A DNA stretch of 64,000 bases from the human T2T-CHM13v2.0 reference genome, Homo sapiens. Location of the stretch: the NCBI RefSeq assembly GCF_009914755.1, contig NC_060933.1; one strand, written 5' to 3'. Numbering within the stretch: the stretch's first letter is position 1; each line of letters starts with the position of its first letter. A program made the position numbers and the translations under genes. The notes under the pieces were generated by a model. The model saw only the letters and a list, made by a program, of their open reading frames with translations, ran no database searches and was not told the DNA's origin. Positions 32,078-45,677 of the stretch are shown one piece after another.

Positions 32078-33589
32078 TGTCTTCAAGGACACTATTGTTA
32101 ATGCTGAAACATTTCTCAATTGGCCTATGTTAGCCAGTCTCAATTCAGTGCACTTTGTGCTACATTAATATTTTCTAATTGCCAGGCAGTGGGGCACTAC
32201 CATCATGACTTTACTATAGCTTTGTAGCACCTGATACCACACCAGTAACTTTTGTGGGCAGTGTAACGTGAATCACCATGATACCAGGTACTGCAACCTC
32301 TCCGTTAGCAAATATGTTTATGTAGATCACAAGTTTGAAATTCTAATTATATTCTTTTTGAATGTGCATTAAAATATGCCATATCTGGCCAGGCGCAGTG
32401 GCTCACATTTGTAATTCCAGCACTTTGGGAGGCTGAGGCACGTGGATCCCTTGAGCTCATGAGTTCAAGACCAGCCTGGGCAGAATGGCAAAACCCCATG
32501 TTTACAAAAAAATACAAAAATTAGCCAGGCATGGTGGCATGTGCCTGTAGTCCCAGTTACTTTTGAGGCTGATGTGGGAGGATCCCTTGAGCCCAGGCAG
32601 TGAAGGTTGTGGTGAGCCAAGATTGTGTCACTGCACTTCAGCCTGGATGACAGAGCCAGACCCTGTCTCAAAAAAAAAAAAAAAAAAGCCATATCTACAA
32701 AAATTATTCTCCCACATATCCCCATATATGAATTACAAACCATCAGTGATGCACATCAATAATTTGGGACACCCAGCTGTACTCCACCCAGTATTTAGCA
32801 GGATTTTCACATGCTGGAGCTTTATGTTGGAGACTGTAGCTTGCTTTGATACGGCATGGGTTAAGCAGCAGGACTACCCACCAGTATAGCAACAATGATG
32901 GAAAGATGCCAGAAACCTGGACTCTTGCTGATCTCTGATGCTATTAGGCACCAATCTTTAATCAACTCTCCTCTCCTGAGAGCTTGTAGATAGGTGTAAT
33001 TTGGAAGAGAAGCACAGGGTCTTGAACTGTTTGAAACACTCCCTCCCGCAGGCAGACTCTCTCAGTCACTCCATGCTAATGCTTTTCTTGAATGAAGAAT
33101 AGTAGGGGGAAGAAAAAAAAATTTTAAAAAAGGAGATCTTATGTCAGCAAACTCCTGGAATTTGGTGTTGATTTAGGTAAACTTGCCAGATTCTGGCATA
33201 TGCTAAATAAAACAATGAGCTAGAGCCTGTGGAAGACACAGCCCAGTTGAACACATGATGCAAAGCTTTTCCAAATTTTCTGCGGGAATGAGTTGGAACA
33301 TACAAGAGGCCATAGATTCCAGCTTTAGCAATTACACAGTTGATCACACCAGGCCTAACTGAATTTGGCATGACTTTGAGGGCTGTGGTTTTCTTATACT
33401 TGTCTCCCTTGCCCCCTCATGCAGCATGCAGGGTAAGACATTCCCAGACAATCTCTGCACTGTATATGCCACACTTATTCTTCCACCTCAGGAACACTGT
33501 ATTCTCTTCTCCCTCATCACTGATGAACTCCACAGTAACCACAGTAAGGAAGATGTTATGAGTCTTCATCCTGTCCCTCTTGGTCTAGT
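32078..33589 (-). pseudogene. Large pseudo-exon (MKTHNIFLTVVTVEFISDEGEENTVFLRWK...; KLVIYINIFANGEVAVPGIMVIHVTLP), interrupted by an AluJ
   Basis: tcttgtcttctttctgctag| acceptor; 33569-33144 is 142 codons with one internal TGA; 3' end uncertain. Confidence 0.55.
32387..32687 (+). mobile_element. AluJ
   Basis: gggaggatcccttgagcccagg; TSD gccatatct. Confidence 0.9.
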
Positions 33590-35630
33590 CTAGCAGAAAG
33601 AAGACAAGAGCCATAAAACCTAAATTACCCACCTAGTTTAGCCACATACTCACTATGTGACCTTAAGTAAGATCCCAAACTTTTTTGAGTCTCTTTCCTT
33701 ATCTACAAAATGTCAACAATAATACCTTAAAATGTTAGTAGTTCAAATAAAATTATATGATGAATAAAGGGAAAAATTATGTGAAAAGTATTTGTAAATA
33801 TCTGATAAAGTGCCTTTCTTTGCTCCATTATTGCCTGGAAACAGATTGTCCTGTAGCGTCTCTGTAGGCAAATATCTTAATTAGTGATTCTTTTATTTTC
33901 ACAAATGTGGAGAAGAGTGGAGAAATATCAGATCCTGTTGTTTCTGTCTTAAGACACTTGGTTCATATTTTCACTTTGAATCAACATCATCTGGCCACAG
34001 TTTACGTTTCTGACTTTATTTCCTTTTGCCTTGGACCTATCTAGCCATACCAGCCTCACACATAGCAAAGTCATTTCCAATTCATAGCCTTTACAGGTTA
34101 GACTTGCTTTGACTGGAACTGTCTTCCTCCCGCATAGATGGCTCCTTGCTTAAATCTCACCTTCTCAGACACCCTTTCCTCTATTGCTGTATGTAAAGGG
34201 ATCCTCTTGTTTCATAATCCTTTATAACAGTGCCCGCTATATTTCTTTCGTGTGGCTGATCATAAACTCTAATTAATCTGCATGTCAATTTCATGGTCAG
34301 TATATTATCTGTTGTCAGTAAAATGAAAACTCTGTGATTTTCGCTTTAGATATAATGAAGAAAGCTCAAAGAAGCAGGCATTCATTTTGGCAAAAGACCC
34401 CTCAGTGCTTTGAGGAGGGGCATGATGCTGTGGTGAGTTTTGAATCTTCTTCTGGGTTTCTGTTCAAGAGGATGCAGTCCTTAAAGGAACATAGTAATGT
34501 GGTATTCTTCCTCAGCACCCTCAGCATCTAGCCCAGGGCCTGGCACATAGGCCTCAGTATGTTGTGGTTTGGACAGAATGAAACCTGCCTCTCTTTTCTG
34601 TAATGGACTGCCCAGTGAGTGCATAGCTGCTCCCCTTATCCAAGAGGGCTAGCAGCTCATGTTGACCTCACTGCCAACCTCAGTAACTCAAACTTTGATT
34701 ACTCTTCATTCCTGGGAACGCCTTTCACTTCTCCCCACACTGGCTTGCACCAAATCCTTGAGTCTGTGCATAGGCAGCAGGGACTTTCCAGCTTCTGTAC
34801 TACTAACTTCAGGGAACACTTAGGAGAACTTGTTAAACATAGAAATAATCGATGATAACACTCACAATAACTTGAGCTAAAACATAGTCTAACATGCAGC
34901 AGGGACTATTCCAAGAGTTTTGCATATATTAATTTATTTAATCCTTACAATAACCCCATAAGGTAGTTTACGATTACTTCTTCCATTATACAGCTGAGGA
35001 AACTGTGACATAGAGGGGCTAAGTAATTTGTCAGTGACAGAGCTGGGCCACAGCCAGGACAGTCAGGCTCCAAGGACTCTGTGTTTAGCTGTTCAGCTAT
35101 AAACATTGCAGTTCTTCAAGACAGGTCTTCTGGGCTTATCATCAGCCTTCTCTAGGCAGATGGTATATTTAGCCTTTAACTAAATGTTAAATGTTTTATT
35201 TATGTAAGTAATGCATGAGATAAATTCTTCTATAAAGCAATTAATACATTCAAATAAAGTAAAATTCCCCTTTGACCATCTTTTGTAACTCTAAATGGCT
35301 CCTCCCTTCTCCAAGGGCAGCCATTGTACTCAATTTTGTGTTTATCCTTCCCAAACATTTCCTATACATTTGTATGAACCTGTGTGTCAATCAAACGTAC
35401 AAAATATTGCTGTGGTTTCTTTATCAATTGTGCATATATAGTAACATGTACAAATAACAATAATTGTATATATATTAGGCCCTTCCTCTGACAATGTACA
35501 TTTAAGTGGTCTATGCCAGGTACAGGGTTGATATTTAGCTGGTACACAACAGTATGGCCATGGCTATAGCTGCAATTCTGAAACACTTCTGTAATAATTT
35601 GGTAAAGAGGCCCTACTGCTCTCCTGGGAC

Positions 35631-35897
35631 CAGGGCCAACTTATTCATTAGGCACACTAGGCACAATGCCTAAGGCCCATAATGCATTCAGCCCCCCACC
35701 CAAATATTTCAATTTTAGATTTTTAAAAATAATAAGAAAAAAATGAACATAATAATGAATATAAAATTATGAATCTAGCCAAGATTGTATCTGTCTTTTT
35801 ACCAACATAGTCATAAAATATAATTTTTGATATAATTTATATAGGACGGGGTCCACAGAGGGAAAAGTACCTAGGTCAGTACCTAGGGCCCGGCCTG
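35631..35897 (+). mobile_element. MER96B-like non-autonomous hAT DNA transposon
   Basis: cagggccaacttattcattaggcacactaggcacaatgcctaaggccc start with AT-rich interior. Confidence 0.7.
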
Positions 35898-37807
35898 GGT
35901 CCTCCCCATGGTCCAGCAAGTACAGGGCCACTATCTGCCAAAGCACGGGTTTCCTGAGCCCTCTCTCTATGTTTAGGCTGGAGTTCCTAGGTATTAGGAC
36001 TGGTCAAGGTAGTTCTATATGTATGAGTAAAATTTTTGAGTATCATTCATAGCCACATATATTCCAAAGAAAAAAACACGCTGGCTCATGCAGGGATATT
36101 TCTGATGCAAGGATCAGAAAACTATGCAAATGTGCCTAAGCCAAATTAATGGTGTGTGTGGGAGTCTAGAGCCGAAGAGCAACCAGGCCACATGGGGGCC
36201 TGGAACAGCATTAAAAGAGTTTCCAGAGAACCCAGTGGCTACCCCTCTCTTCCTTTTCAGGCCATGTGGCCTCTCTTCTGCATCCCTTGGCTTATCTGCT
36301 TCCTCCCTCTTTCTTTTTGGTCCAGATTTTCACTTCTGCTTTAGAGCTCTGCCATAAATGTGATGCACCTCCCACAAAACAGTCTTGGTGTTTTTCATTT
36401 CAGATTCATATGTGAGACAGAATCTATTTGGCCTAACTTAGGTCAGATGTTCATTGCTCATCTGGTAAGCTAGGGCCACAGGCCGAGGAAACGGCAGCAG
36501 AGGTGGAGTCTGGTGGTACTTGCATAGACACTCCAGAATGTCAATGTCATCCCATCCTTTGATTATCCAGTCAACACACCCTTCTGCCCACACACACAAT
36601 TTTGTTGATCTTAACGTTGGTCTTGCTTAACATGGGCTGGCCTTTTCATAAATAATTACAAATATATTCCCTCCATTATCAGGAGCAGCAACCCACAGTC
36701 CCTTCCAGCTAATGCATGCAGAGATCATGCCATGGGCCAAGACTCTGAGAGTGCACAAACTTCCCCTGAGGATGTTTGCTCCTGAACCCAAATTAACTCG
36801 TCAACCACTGATTTGTTAAATGATCGTCTTAACTGCCATATATAAAATAGTGGATGAAAAGAATTTTAAAAAGTAGAAATTTTAAGTATATAGTTAGTCT
36901 TTGTATAATTTAGCAGCAAATATGGATGTACAGGTAGAGGTGATAGACCCTATTTCTACAATTGGTCATAAGGCTCTGGCTGGTATTTGCAGTTTAAAGA
37001 AATTATAAACTAAAAGAACATTCTTTCCAAGTTTGTAATGAAAAATTAAGAAGTCAGTTGACTTTTCTTCCAAAGTATTTTCATGTCTTCCTTGAAACGA
37101 ACTTGCTTTATCTTAGCATGTCTTGAGAAGTACTGTTATTTATATGGTAAAGCCATCATTTTGTCTGGATTTATAGTGTGAAGAGTCACTAATCTTTTTA
37201 CTATCTTAAGACCAAATGAACACAACTTCAGTTATCGCTCTATGAAATCTGTGATTTCTTCTAGGCATCTACTCAGAAACAAGGGAGAACTGACCCCACA
37301 GTTCTAGGACCCATAATACATTCAGCCCCCCACTCAACAAATATTTCAAAAATTTTAAATTTTCAAAAAAAATTAGAAGAAAAAAATGAACATAATAATA
37401 ATGAACATGAAATAATGAATCTAGGTAATATTATATCTGTCTATGTCCTCTGACATTTGGGTAGACTAAAAACTTAAGCTTCAAATTTATAAAGCTAATA
37501 AATCTAAGGTGGCAATGGGAGGGGCATTTAATAAGGACTGAATTTACAAGGTTAGAGAACTTTGTTTCTAACTATAAAGGAAAGCCTGAGAGGATAACTC
37601 AATGTGGCTGTAATATACAGCTGAATGGAACTGTTTCATTAATTACCTATAGATATCTGAATATGATATATATTTATTAAGGAAGCAGTTCATAAGATAC
37701 AACTCTGGACTTTAAAAATTTATAATCTAGTAGTCTATGGAATCTGCAACTTCACCAAAAAGTCAAAGATAGTACTTGAATATAATTCTAAAACTTTTAT
37801 TTTCTAC

Positions 37808-38231
37808 CCTGTAACACAGATGGTGCCATATAACTCTGTAATGAAGGGTAATGTTGTAGGATAAAGTCTTGGTGGAAATATTCTTTTTGTTTTTCCATAA
37901 GGATGGACGGAATATAGGAATGTATGTAACGTTATTGTAAGACCACATGTGCTATATACAGTGACTTGGCACAAGGCACCTGGCTTACAGGTGCTCTGGC
38001 AAGTGGTGTTGGGAAGGCTTCTTTCCTTTTGTATTTCTAATATCATGTGCATGAAATGATTTTAATGTGTTTTTTTGTGTTGGAGTCTATACTGCAGGCA
38101 GTCCCTTTCGGCTGAGCAGTTTGCCTTTGAATGTGGTTCCCGGAAACAGGTGACAATCTCATTTTCTTTCTTGAGAGGATCCTTTGTTCTGGGTGGTGCC
38201 CGGGATTGCTAGCTGGAGCAGTTCTCTTTTC
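37808..38231 (-). pseudogene. 424-nt pseudo-exon: GKENCSS*QSRAPPRTKDPLKKENEIV...EKQKEYFHQDFILQHYPSLQSYMAPSVLQ
   Basis: Pyrimidine tract then gaaaag|G; CAGG|gtagaa donor; 423 nt and phase 1-1 if one base is removed (for example from an A7 run). Confidence 0.55.
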
Positions 38232-38563
38232 CTTTTCATCAAAATTGAGGAAGGAAAATGTGAAAACAAAATAAATCAAAAAGTTACCTTAGAAAAGATA
38301 AGATTCAGAAAGGTAGTTCTAGTAAGATCATTCATGCCAAAGCAAGTGCGTCATGAAAGATTAGTAAAAATTTTATAAATGACAAGGCAATTGTACAGAT
38401 TCTTAACAGCTTGTATCCGGAAGTATTCCAGTGTTTGTTTTTGAATCAAATGTATGCAGCTTTTGTTGTTGGAATGCAATCAGCCTACAGGGAAGAAGAT
38501 GGTCCTGTAATGATATAGCCAAACATAAACTACAGGGGATGTTGCAGAAGGCATTTGCCTTAC

Positions 38564-38626
38564 CTTGATGCCTTGCTGCTCCGTTGGAAACGCATCTGCC
38601 TGGAACATGGCCATCTAAGGGCTGAT
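38564..38626 (-). pseudogene. 63-nt phase 1-1 pseudo-exon: QPLDGHVPGRCVSNGAARHQ
   Basis: tttttccccttcctcactttatttcacatgctgaaag| acceptor and AAG|gtaagg donor; open frame. Confidence 0.65.
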
Positions 38627-39034
38627 CTTTCAGCATGTGAAATAAAGTGAGGAAGGGGAAAAATAGCCATCCATACAACCGTGCTGAAATAAAACTGTTC
38701 TTCGTTAGAGTCAACCATTCCCCATCGTGCATTCCCCTTCGATGATGTAAAGTCGTTCGGGTGTGCGAAGCCATACCATGAAGCACAGGAAATAGTTTAA
38801 ATCTTTGGAAATGTTTTTAGGTTAAATAAATGGGGAAATGACTGTAGTTAAAGTTGCCAACCACTTGAGAGTAATTTTTACTGGCAGATTTTTTTTTTTT
38901 TTGTTAGTTTTCAGTGTTCCTCTGAAAACATACACACAACCAAGGTATATTGTTATAGCCTGCTCCATGGGTACAGGATAGGCTTTTAAAAGAGGTGACT
39001 GTCTGTCCTTTGATTTCTTTCAAACTCAACTTAC

Positions 39035-39237
39035 ACATAGGCAGCCTTTTGGGAATACCAATTACTGAGTTTGGTACATTTATCTGATCTGAGGGTGTGA
39101 CTGGAGATTTTTATATGGATGATGATAAACAGGTGAGATTTTAGGGGTTTTTGGTAAACGTCTATTATTGCCTTCAGTAAACCCAACAGACACATGTCTG
39201 AGTTACTTTCATGGCAATAGTACATCTATTTTGTCAG
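39035..39237 (-). pseudogene. 203-nt pseudo-exon (198 nt plus a 5-nt duplication): ADKIDVLLP*K*LRHVSVGFTEGNNRRLPKTPKISP...
   Basis: ctgaatag|CT acceptor and TGT|gtaagt donor; the tandem CAGATCAGAT explains the frameshift. Confidence 0.65.
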
Positions 39238-39413
39238 CTATTCAGATATAATGAAGGCAAGGAAATCATGGAATATAGTTTTGATGACAAAATCTGAATT
39301 CAAATCAAGACAGAAAGAAGCTCATTGGCTAAAATTACTTGAAAAGCTGTAGTGTTCTCTAAGGCAGAAGTAACCAACATGCTTATTTGGCCTGAAAACA
39401 GCTATTTTTATAC

Positions 39414-39527
39414 CACCTTTCTGACCACCAACTCTGGATGGTCCAGGCAAATCGAGCTTCTTGTTTCTCTCTCTCTCTTGCTTTTTTTTTGGCGGGGACG
39501 CAATATCCTGATGTTTGACTGCCTGAT
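39414..39527 (-). pseudogene. 114-nt phase 1-1 pseudo-exon: DQAVKHQDIASPPKKKQERERNKKLDLPGPSRVGGQKG
   Basis: ttttttaccttccctaccttactctttggag| acceptor; donor GTG|gtataa (or AAG|gtggta 3 nt earlier, same phase); open frame. Confidence 0.6.
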
Positions 39528-39879
39528 CTCCAAAGAGTAAGGTAGGGAAGGTAAAAAATTAATTGCAAGACACCTTTTTAAAATAGTTCCAATTCTTAGC
39601 CAGTACTGTGTAGACGTCATTATTCTGACTTATGGCACATATCATATATTACTATAACTATATGTCATTGTTTCTATTAGTCCCACTAGCCTTAGGGACA
39701 CTGGATCATGTTCAACTCTCTATTCCTAGTACCTAACGGATTGCTTATAAATAACAGGTTCTTAATGTTTGTTGAACAAATAAATAAACAAATAATAAAA
39801 GGTAAAGTATAAGGTTAAAATATGGCTGGGTAACTATGCCAACCCATTACTATGTTAAAATATGTTATTTAAAAGACCC

Positions 39880-41150
39880 AGCAGCTTTATTGAAATATAA
39901 TTTATCATAAAATTCACTTGTTCAGAATTCACTGGTTCAAAATTCACTTGTTAGCATATTAACAATGTTGTGAAACTATCATCACTCTCTGATTTTAGAT
40001 CATTTTGACCATCTCAAAAAACAAAACAAAGCAAAACAAAACAACCCAACTGTGACCATTAGCATTCATTCATTCTCCATATCCTCCTCCCCTCAGGCCC
40101 TAGCAACCCTAATCTATTTTGTCTCTATGGATTTGACTATTCTAGACATTTTATGCTATTAGAATCACATAATACATGGTCTTTTGTTCTGGTTCCTTTC
40201 ACTTGGCATGTTTTCAAGGTTCACATGAATCAATACTTTATTCCTTTTCATACTTTTTTATAACTACTGGATGGATATACCACATTGTCTGTCCATTCAT
40301 CAGTTCATGGACATTTTGGGTGTTTCCACTTTGTGGCTATTATGAATAATGAGGTTATAAACGTTCATCCCTAAGTTTTTGCATGCATGTATATTTTGAA
40401 TTCCCTTTGATATACACCTAAGAGTGAAATTATTGGGTCAAATGATAACTCTAATTTTTTGAGGAACTGCCAAAGTGTTTTCCAAAGTAGCTGCACCATT
40501 TTGTAATCCCAAGCAATGTATGAGGGTTTGCATTTTTCCACATCCTCACCGACATTTGTTATTATCTGTCTTTTTTATTTTAACCATCCTAGTGTGTGTG
40601 AATGGTATCTCATTGTGGTTTTTGATTTGCATTTCCTGATGACTAATGATGTTGAGCATCTTTTCATGTATTCATTGGCTATTTGTTTATCTTCTTTGGA
40701 GCAATAAATGTCTATTCACATGCTTTGCCCATTTAAAAATTGGATTATTTGTCTTTTTATTGTTTAGTTGTAAGAGTTTTTAACAAATACATTCTGGATA
40801 TAAGTTCATATCAGATGATTTAAAATATTTTTCATAATCTATGGGCTTCAGATATAAAGTTTTAACTTTTCTAATGGTGTCCTTTGAAGCACAGGTTTTA
40901 AAATTTGTTGTTTAATTTATTTGGTTTTTCCTTTTGTTGCTTGTGCTGTAGTTGTCATATCTAAGAAACAATGATGTAATCCAAGGTTACAAATATTTAC
41001 ACCTATATTTTCTTCTAAGAGTTGTATAGTTTAGCTCTTACATGTATGTGTTTAACCCATTTTAATTTTTATATTTTGTGTGAGGTAAGAACCATTTTTT
41101 TGTAATCCAATTCATTCTTCTGCATGTGACTATCTAGTTAATCAAGTATG
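39880..41150 (-). mobile_element. L1MB-type 3' end
   Basis: Typical L1 3' antisense sequence; contains a 15-bp triple tandem at 39909-39952. Confidence 0.85.
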
Positions 41151-43049
41151 CTTTTAATATATAGTGAATATATCAGCAGAAGTTGAATGGTGTTTGAGAA
41201 CATAATAAACCTCAATAATTCAGATTTCACTACATTCAAAACTAATAATAATTTGAATATTGACTTATTGTGTTAGTTATAAAGACTTCCCTAAGAAAAT
41301 TATTGATAAACAGAATCATAGCAGAATGTTAGTATACATAGCAATTTCCTCTGCCAATCTGTTAACTGTAACCATTTGTTCTCAAATGTTATTTATAATA
41401 TTTTTATTTCCTTATTAAAAAAACTGTTTCACACCGGTTTAGTTGGGCTCTGAATTGCACAGAACAGAGATGTTCATCATTAAACTTAATTTAAAAATAG
41501 TTTACTGGAATGAATCAGAAAGCTATCAGAATCTACTCCTGAGAAGGCTTTTTGTTATTTAGTTCACATTTGAGAAAGAAGGGAGGCTTTTTGGTACAAT
41601 AAGATGGAAAAGCTATGTAGGAAGGGGATCAGCTCCCCATGGCAGAATGTCCTAATTTTCTTTAGATAACTCATCCTGAGACTGATGGCCTTCCTCTTCT
41701 CTCCATTCTCAGGAATAAAAGCACTCCTAATGCAACTGGAGCCCAGAGGGTGAACAGAGCTTAGAGCTTCCATATAGGTAAGTGGTTAAAAGGACAGAGG
41801 GCTGTGGAAAGGTTTCAAAGGAGAAGCTCTGTACCCTGCGTAGGGAGTGGCCATGTGGGACACCCCCAAAACCTGGAAATAGGGTCCCAGTTTTAGAAAG
41901 ATGAGGAGTAGAAGGACTGACTTCTCCTCATCTTTCCAACTCTATATGGATTTAATTTTATTTTGTTGATGCTATAGCAAGAAATTACTGGTACAGAGTT
42001 GGGGGTTTTATATGTGTTACCTAACCTTTTTATCTTATGCATACAGAGACACAGAGGGGGGCAAGCATGGTGGGAGATGATGCATCTTCCCTTTCTGATC
42101 AGGTTGGATGCCTAACTTCCATCAGTGAGGTGTGTACCGAGAGTCATTAGCCAAACAAGTTTTCCATTTTCTTCCCCTGACTATTATTCCTGGCTTCCAT
42201 ACTTGTCTCTGAGTTATGGGGCACTATGCTTGTGTTACATCGAGACTTCTGGGGAATTGACTACTCTTTCTGTGACTTGTATGTGTGTTTCTCACTAAAC
42301 TGCTTCATTTTCTTCTGACTTTGCCTACTCACCCTCTCTTCTATGCAATTTCTCTAACTCATCGATTCTGCATACTTATGGTTACTAATCACTTCTAACA
42401 GTCGGATATAACCCCTGTCACCCTTGATTCTACATCACAGTCCCTCTGCCTTCTTTCACCTTTGGTTCCCCTGGCTCATTTCAGATTCCTGCAAGAGGGA
42501 ACTGGGTTGGTCCAGCTCAGCCTTTTGCACCAGTCCTCCTCATGTGTGACCAACCAGCTTTTAGGTTGCTCATCAGCTACTCTCTGACTTACCTGCTTTG
42601 CTGGGCATTAGGTTCATGAGTCTTACAACTGGCCATCTGAAGCCCAAGGAGTAGAGTTAGTGATCTTGGAGTACCTATGAACATGGAAGCTCTGTGATTT
42701 CCAGAACTAGAAACTGCCTACTCTGGAATGATAAATAAATATGTTTAACTTCTTGGTATGTATAAATAAATGTAGACACATTTGTTTATTTTAGAATAAA
42801 TAAAAATCAGTAATTTGATCATTCAGATTCACTACTTTAAACATTTCACAAATTCTTCAATGAATATCAGTAAGGTTTTTATATATTTAACAATTGAGTT
42901 ATTTTAACCACCCATATTTTTTATATAATAGGAGAAATGGGACTCTGTCTCTTTACTATTTTTCTCTAATGTTCTTATACAAAGGCTCACTTATTTTCTT
43001 TTTCTTCATTCTCTCCCTTTGTAAGAAAGTTCTTTTACAGGTAAAATAA

Positions 43050-43726
43050 TGTCATGGGCTGAACTGTGTCTCCTCAAAATGTGTATGTTGAAGCTATAAC
43101 CCCCTAGGTGACTGCAGCTGGAGATGGGGCCATTAGGGAGATAATTAAGGTTAAAAGAGATCATAAGAGTGGGGCTCTAGTCTGATAGGCTGGTGTCCTT
43201 ATAAGAAAAGGAAGAGGCAGCATCCTCTCATCTCTCTCTCTCTCTCTCGCTTTGTGTGTGTGTGTGTGTGTGTGTGTGTTTGTGTGTCTGTCTCTCTCCA
43301 TGCAGGAAGAGAGAAGAATCCATGTGAGGACACAGTGAGAGGGCAGCCTTCAACAAGCCAGAAAAAGAGGCCTGCTATGGTCTGAATGTTCATGTCTCCT
43401 GTGAATTCACACGTTAAAACCTAATCACAATGCAATGGTTTTAAGAGGTGGGGCCTTTAGAAGGTGATTAGGTCATGAGAGCGAGCACTAGCCTCATGGG
43501 AATCATGCCTTATCAAGGAGGCCTGAGGGAGCTTGTTGGCCTCTTTTGCAAGGAGAGGACACACAGAAGGCACCATATGTGAGCAACAGGCCCTTACCAG
43601 ATACTGAATCTGCTGGTGGCTTGATCTTGTACTTCCTGGCCTCCAGAACTGTGAGCAATAAATTTCTGTTCTTTAAAAATTACCCACTCTGTGGCATTTT
43701 AAAATGATAACCCTAGTAGACTAATA
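43050..43726 (+). mobile_element. Two abutting MaLR LTRs (MLT1B-like, then MST/MLT1A-like from 43373) with (CT)n(GT)n
   Basis: Two LTR starts: tgtcatgggctgaactgtgtc and tgctatggtctgaatg. Confidence 0.75.
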
Positions 43727-44293
43727 TAAAATGTGAAGCAAAGATGGAATCAGTCCTAATTATCTCTAACTCTGAACCCAACTCAACTTTCTTCCTAGCC
43801 TATATAAAATAAGCTTATTTAAGCATTTATTTACATGTTTATTTCCAGTCCCCCTTCCCTTTTTACAATGTAAACTCCTTGATGAGAGGACTTGCCTATC
43901 TTGGTCACTGCTTTACCCACCCCAGGCACATCGTAGACAAATACATATTTACTGAGTTAATGTATTAGTGATGGAATCATTTTGGTACACCTTTATGAAT
44001 GAAAACATGGGAGATTTTTCTACGAATATTAGTATGTGACCCAGAAAACCATTCATTTATTTATTCTCATGATGCTCTCTAGATTTGGCTCTTGGGATAC
44101 CCCGTGCTTGCTCTTGATTTAGTCTTTTACCTCAGGGGCTGCTTCTTCACCATCTTCTTTGCTACTTCCTCTTCTCTCTGACATGAAAAACTTGGAAATT
44201 CAGGTCTCAGCTCTGTTCCCACATCTCTTCTTCAATAGAGTTTAGATTGATTTTTTTATCCAGATTGCCTGGGTCAAAATCCTGGCTCCACTA

Positions 44294-44580
44294 TTTTTTT
44301 TTTTTTTTTGAGACAGAGTTTTGCTCTGTCGTCCAGGCTGGAGTATAGTGGCGCTATCTCAGCTCACTGCAACTTTCTCCTTCCGGGTTCAAGCAAATCT
44401 CTGCCTCAGCCTCCCGAGTAGCTGGGATTACAAGCGCCCACCATCACGCCCTGCTAATTTTTGTGTTTTTAGTAGAGAAGGGGTTTCACCATCTTGGCCA
44501 GGCTGCTCTTGAACTTCTGACCTCGTGGTCCACCTGCCTCAGCCTCCCAAAGTGCTGGGGTGAGCCACCACACCCGGCTG
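44294..44580 (-). mobile_element. AluS inserted in a MIR
   Basis: Full dimer; TSD ccactattt. Confidence 0.9.
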
Positions 44581-44649
44581 GCACCACTATTTAAATAGTT
44601 GTATAAGGTTGGGCAAGTGAATTAACCTCTCTGTGCCTCAGTATCCTTA

Positions 44650-44914
<265 letters not shown>

Positions 44915-45070
44915 TTAGTAAGTATTAGACATAAGTATTTTATATTAATATTCATTTTTTGATATATACAATTTCTCTGTAGGTAATTTCTCCACTCCTA
45001 TGGCTTTCCTAGTCCTGAATTGCCACTGAATTCCAGTTTCACAGCCTCATAAAATCATCATATAACTAAC

Positions 45071-45677
45071 TGTGGGAGGCAAGATTCCAATATGGCCTCC
45101 CAAATTCCTGTCCCCTGGTGTACATACTCTGTATAATCCCTTACTCTTGATTATGAGTGGACTCTGAATATGGTGTGATATCATTCCTGTTATTTGGTTG
45201 CTAATCAGTTGACTTGGAGATAATGAAAAGGAGCTTATTTTGGGTGGGCCTGAATTAATCAGGCAAACCTTTAAAAGAAGGTGAAGGATTAGAGAAATGT
45301 GCTCTTCCCGGCCTGAAAGAAGCAAACAGCTATAGTGTGAGCTGCCCATGGGAGCCACATGGCAAGGAACATTGAGTGGCCTCTAGGATCTGAGAGCAAT
45401 CCCTGTATGACAGCCAGCAGGAAAACGGGGACCTCAGTCAGACAGCTGCAAGGAAATGTATTCGGCCAACAATCAGTGAGTTTGGAAGAGGATCCCAAGC
45501 TGCAGATGAAAATCACAGCTCTGGCTCACCTCTTTCTGTTAGCCTGGTGACACCCTCAGCAAATGACCCAGCTATCCCGTCCCTGGAAGTTTCACTTGCA
45601 AAATCACTGAGATAAATCAGTGCTGTTTTAAACTGATGTTTGTGGTAATTTGTTATACAGCAATGGAAAACACATAT
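45071..45677 (+). mobile_element. MLT1E-like LTR
   Basis: tgtgggaggcaagattcc...gtaatttgttatacagcaatggaaaac. Confidence 0.75.

Noticed and set aside
39909-39952. 15-bp triple repeat, and the 24-25 bp repeat at 6691-6750, as CRISPR-like arrays
   Set aside because: Spacerless tandem duplications inside transposons in a mammalian genome.
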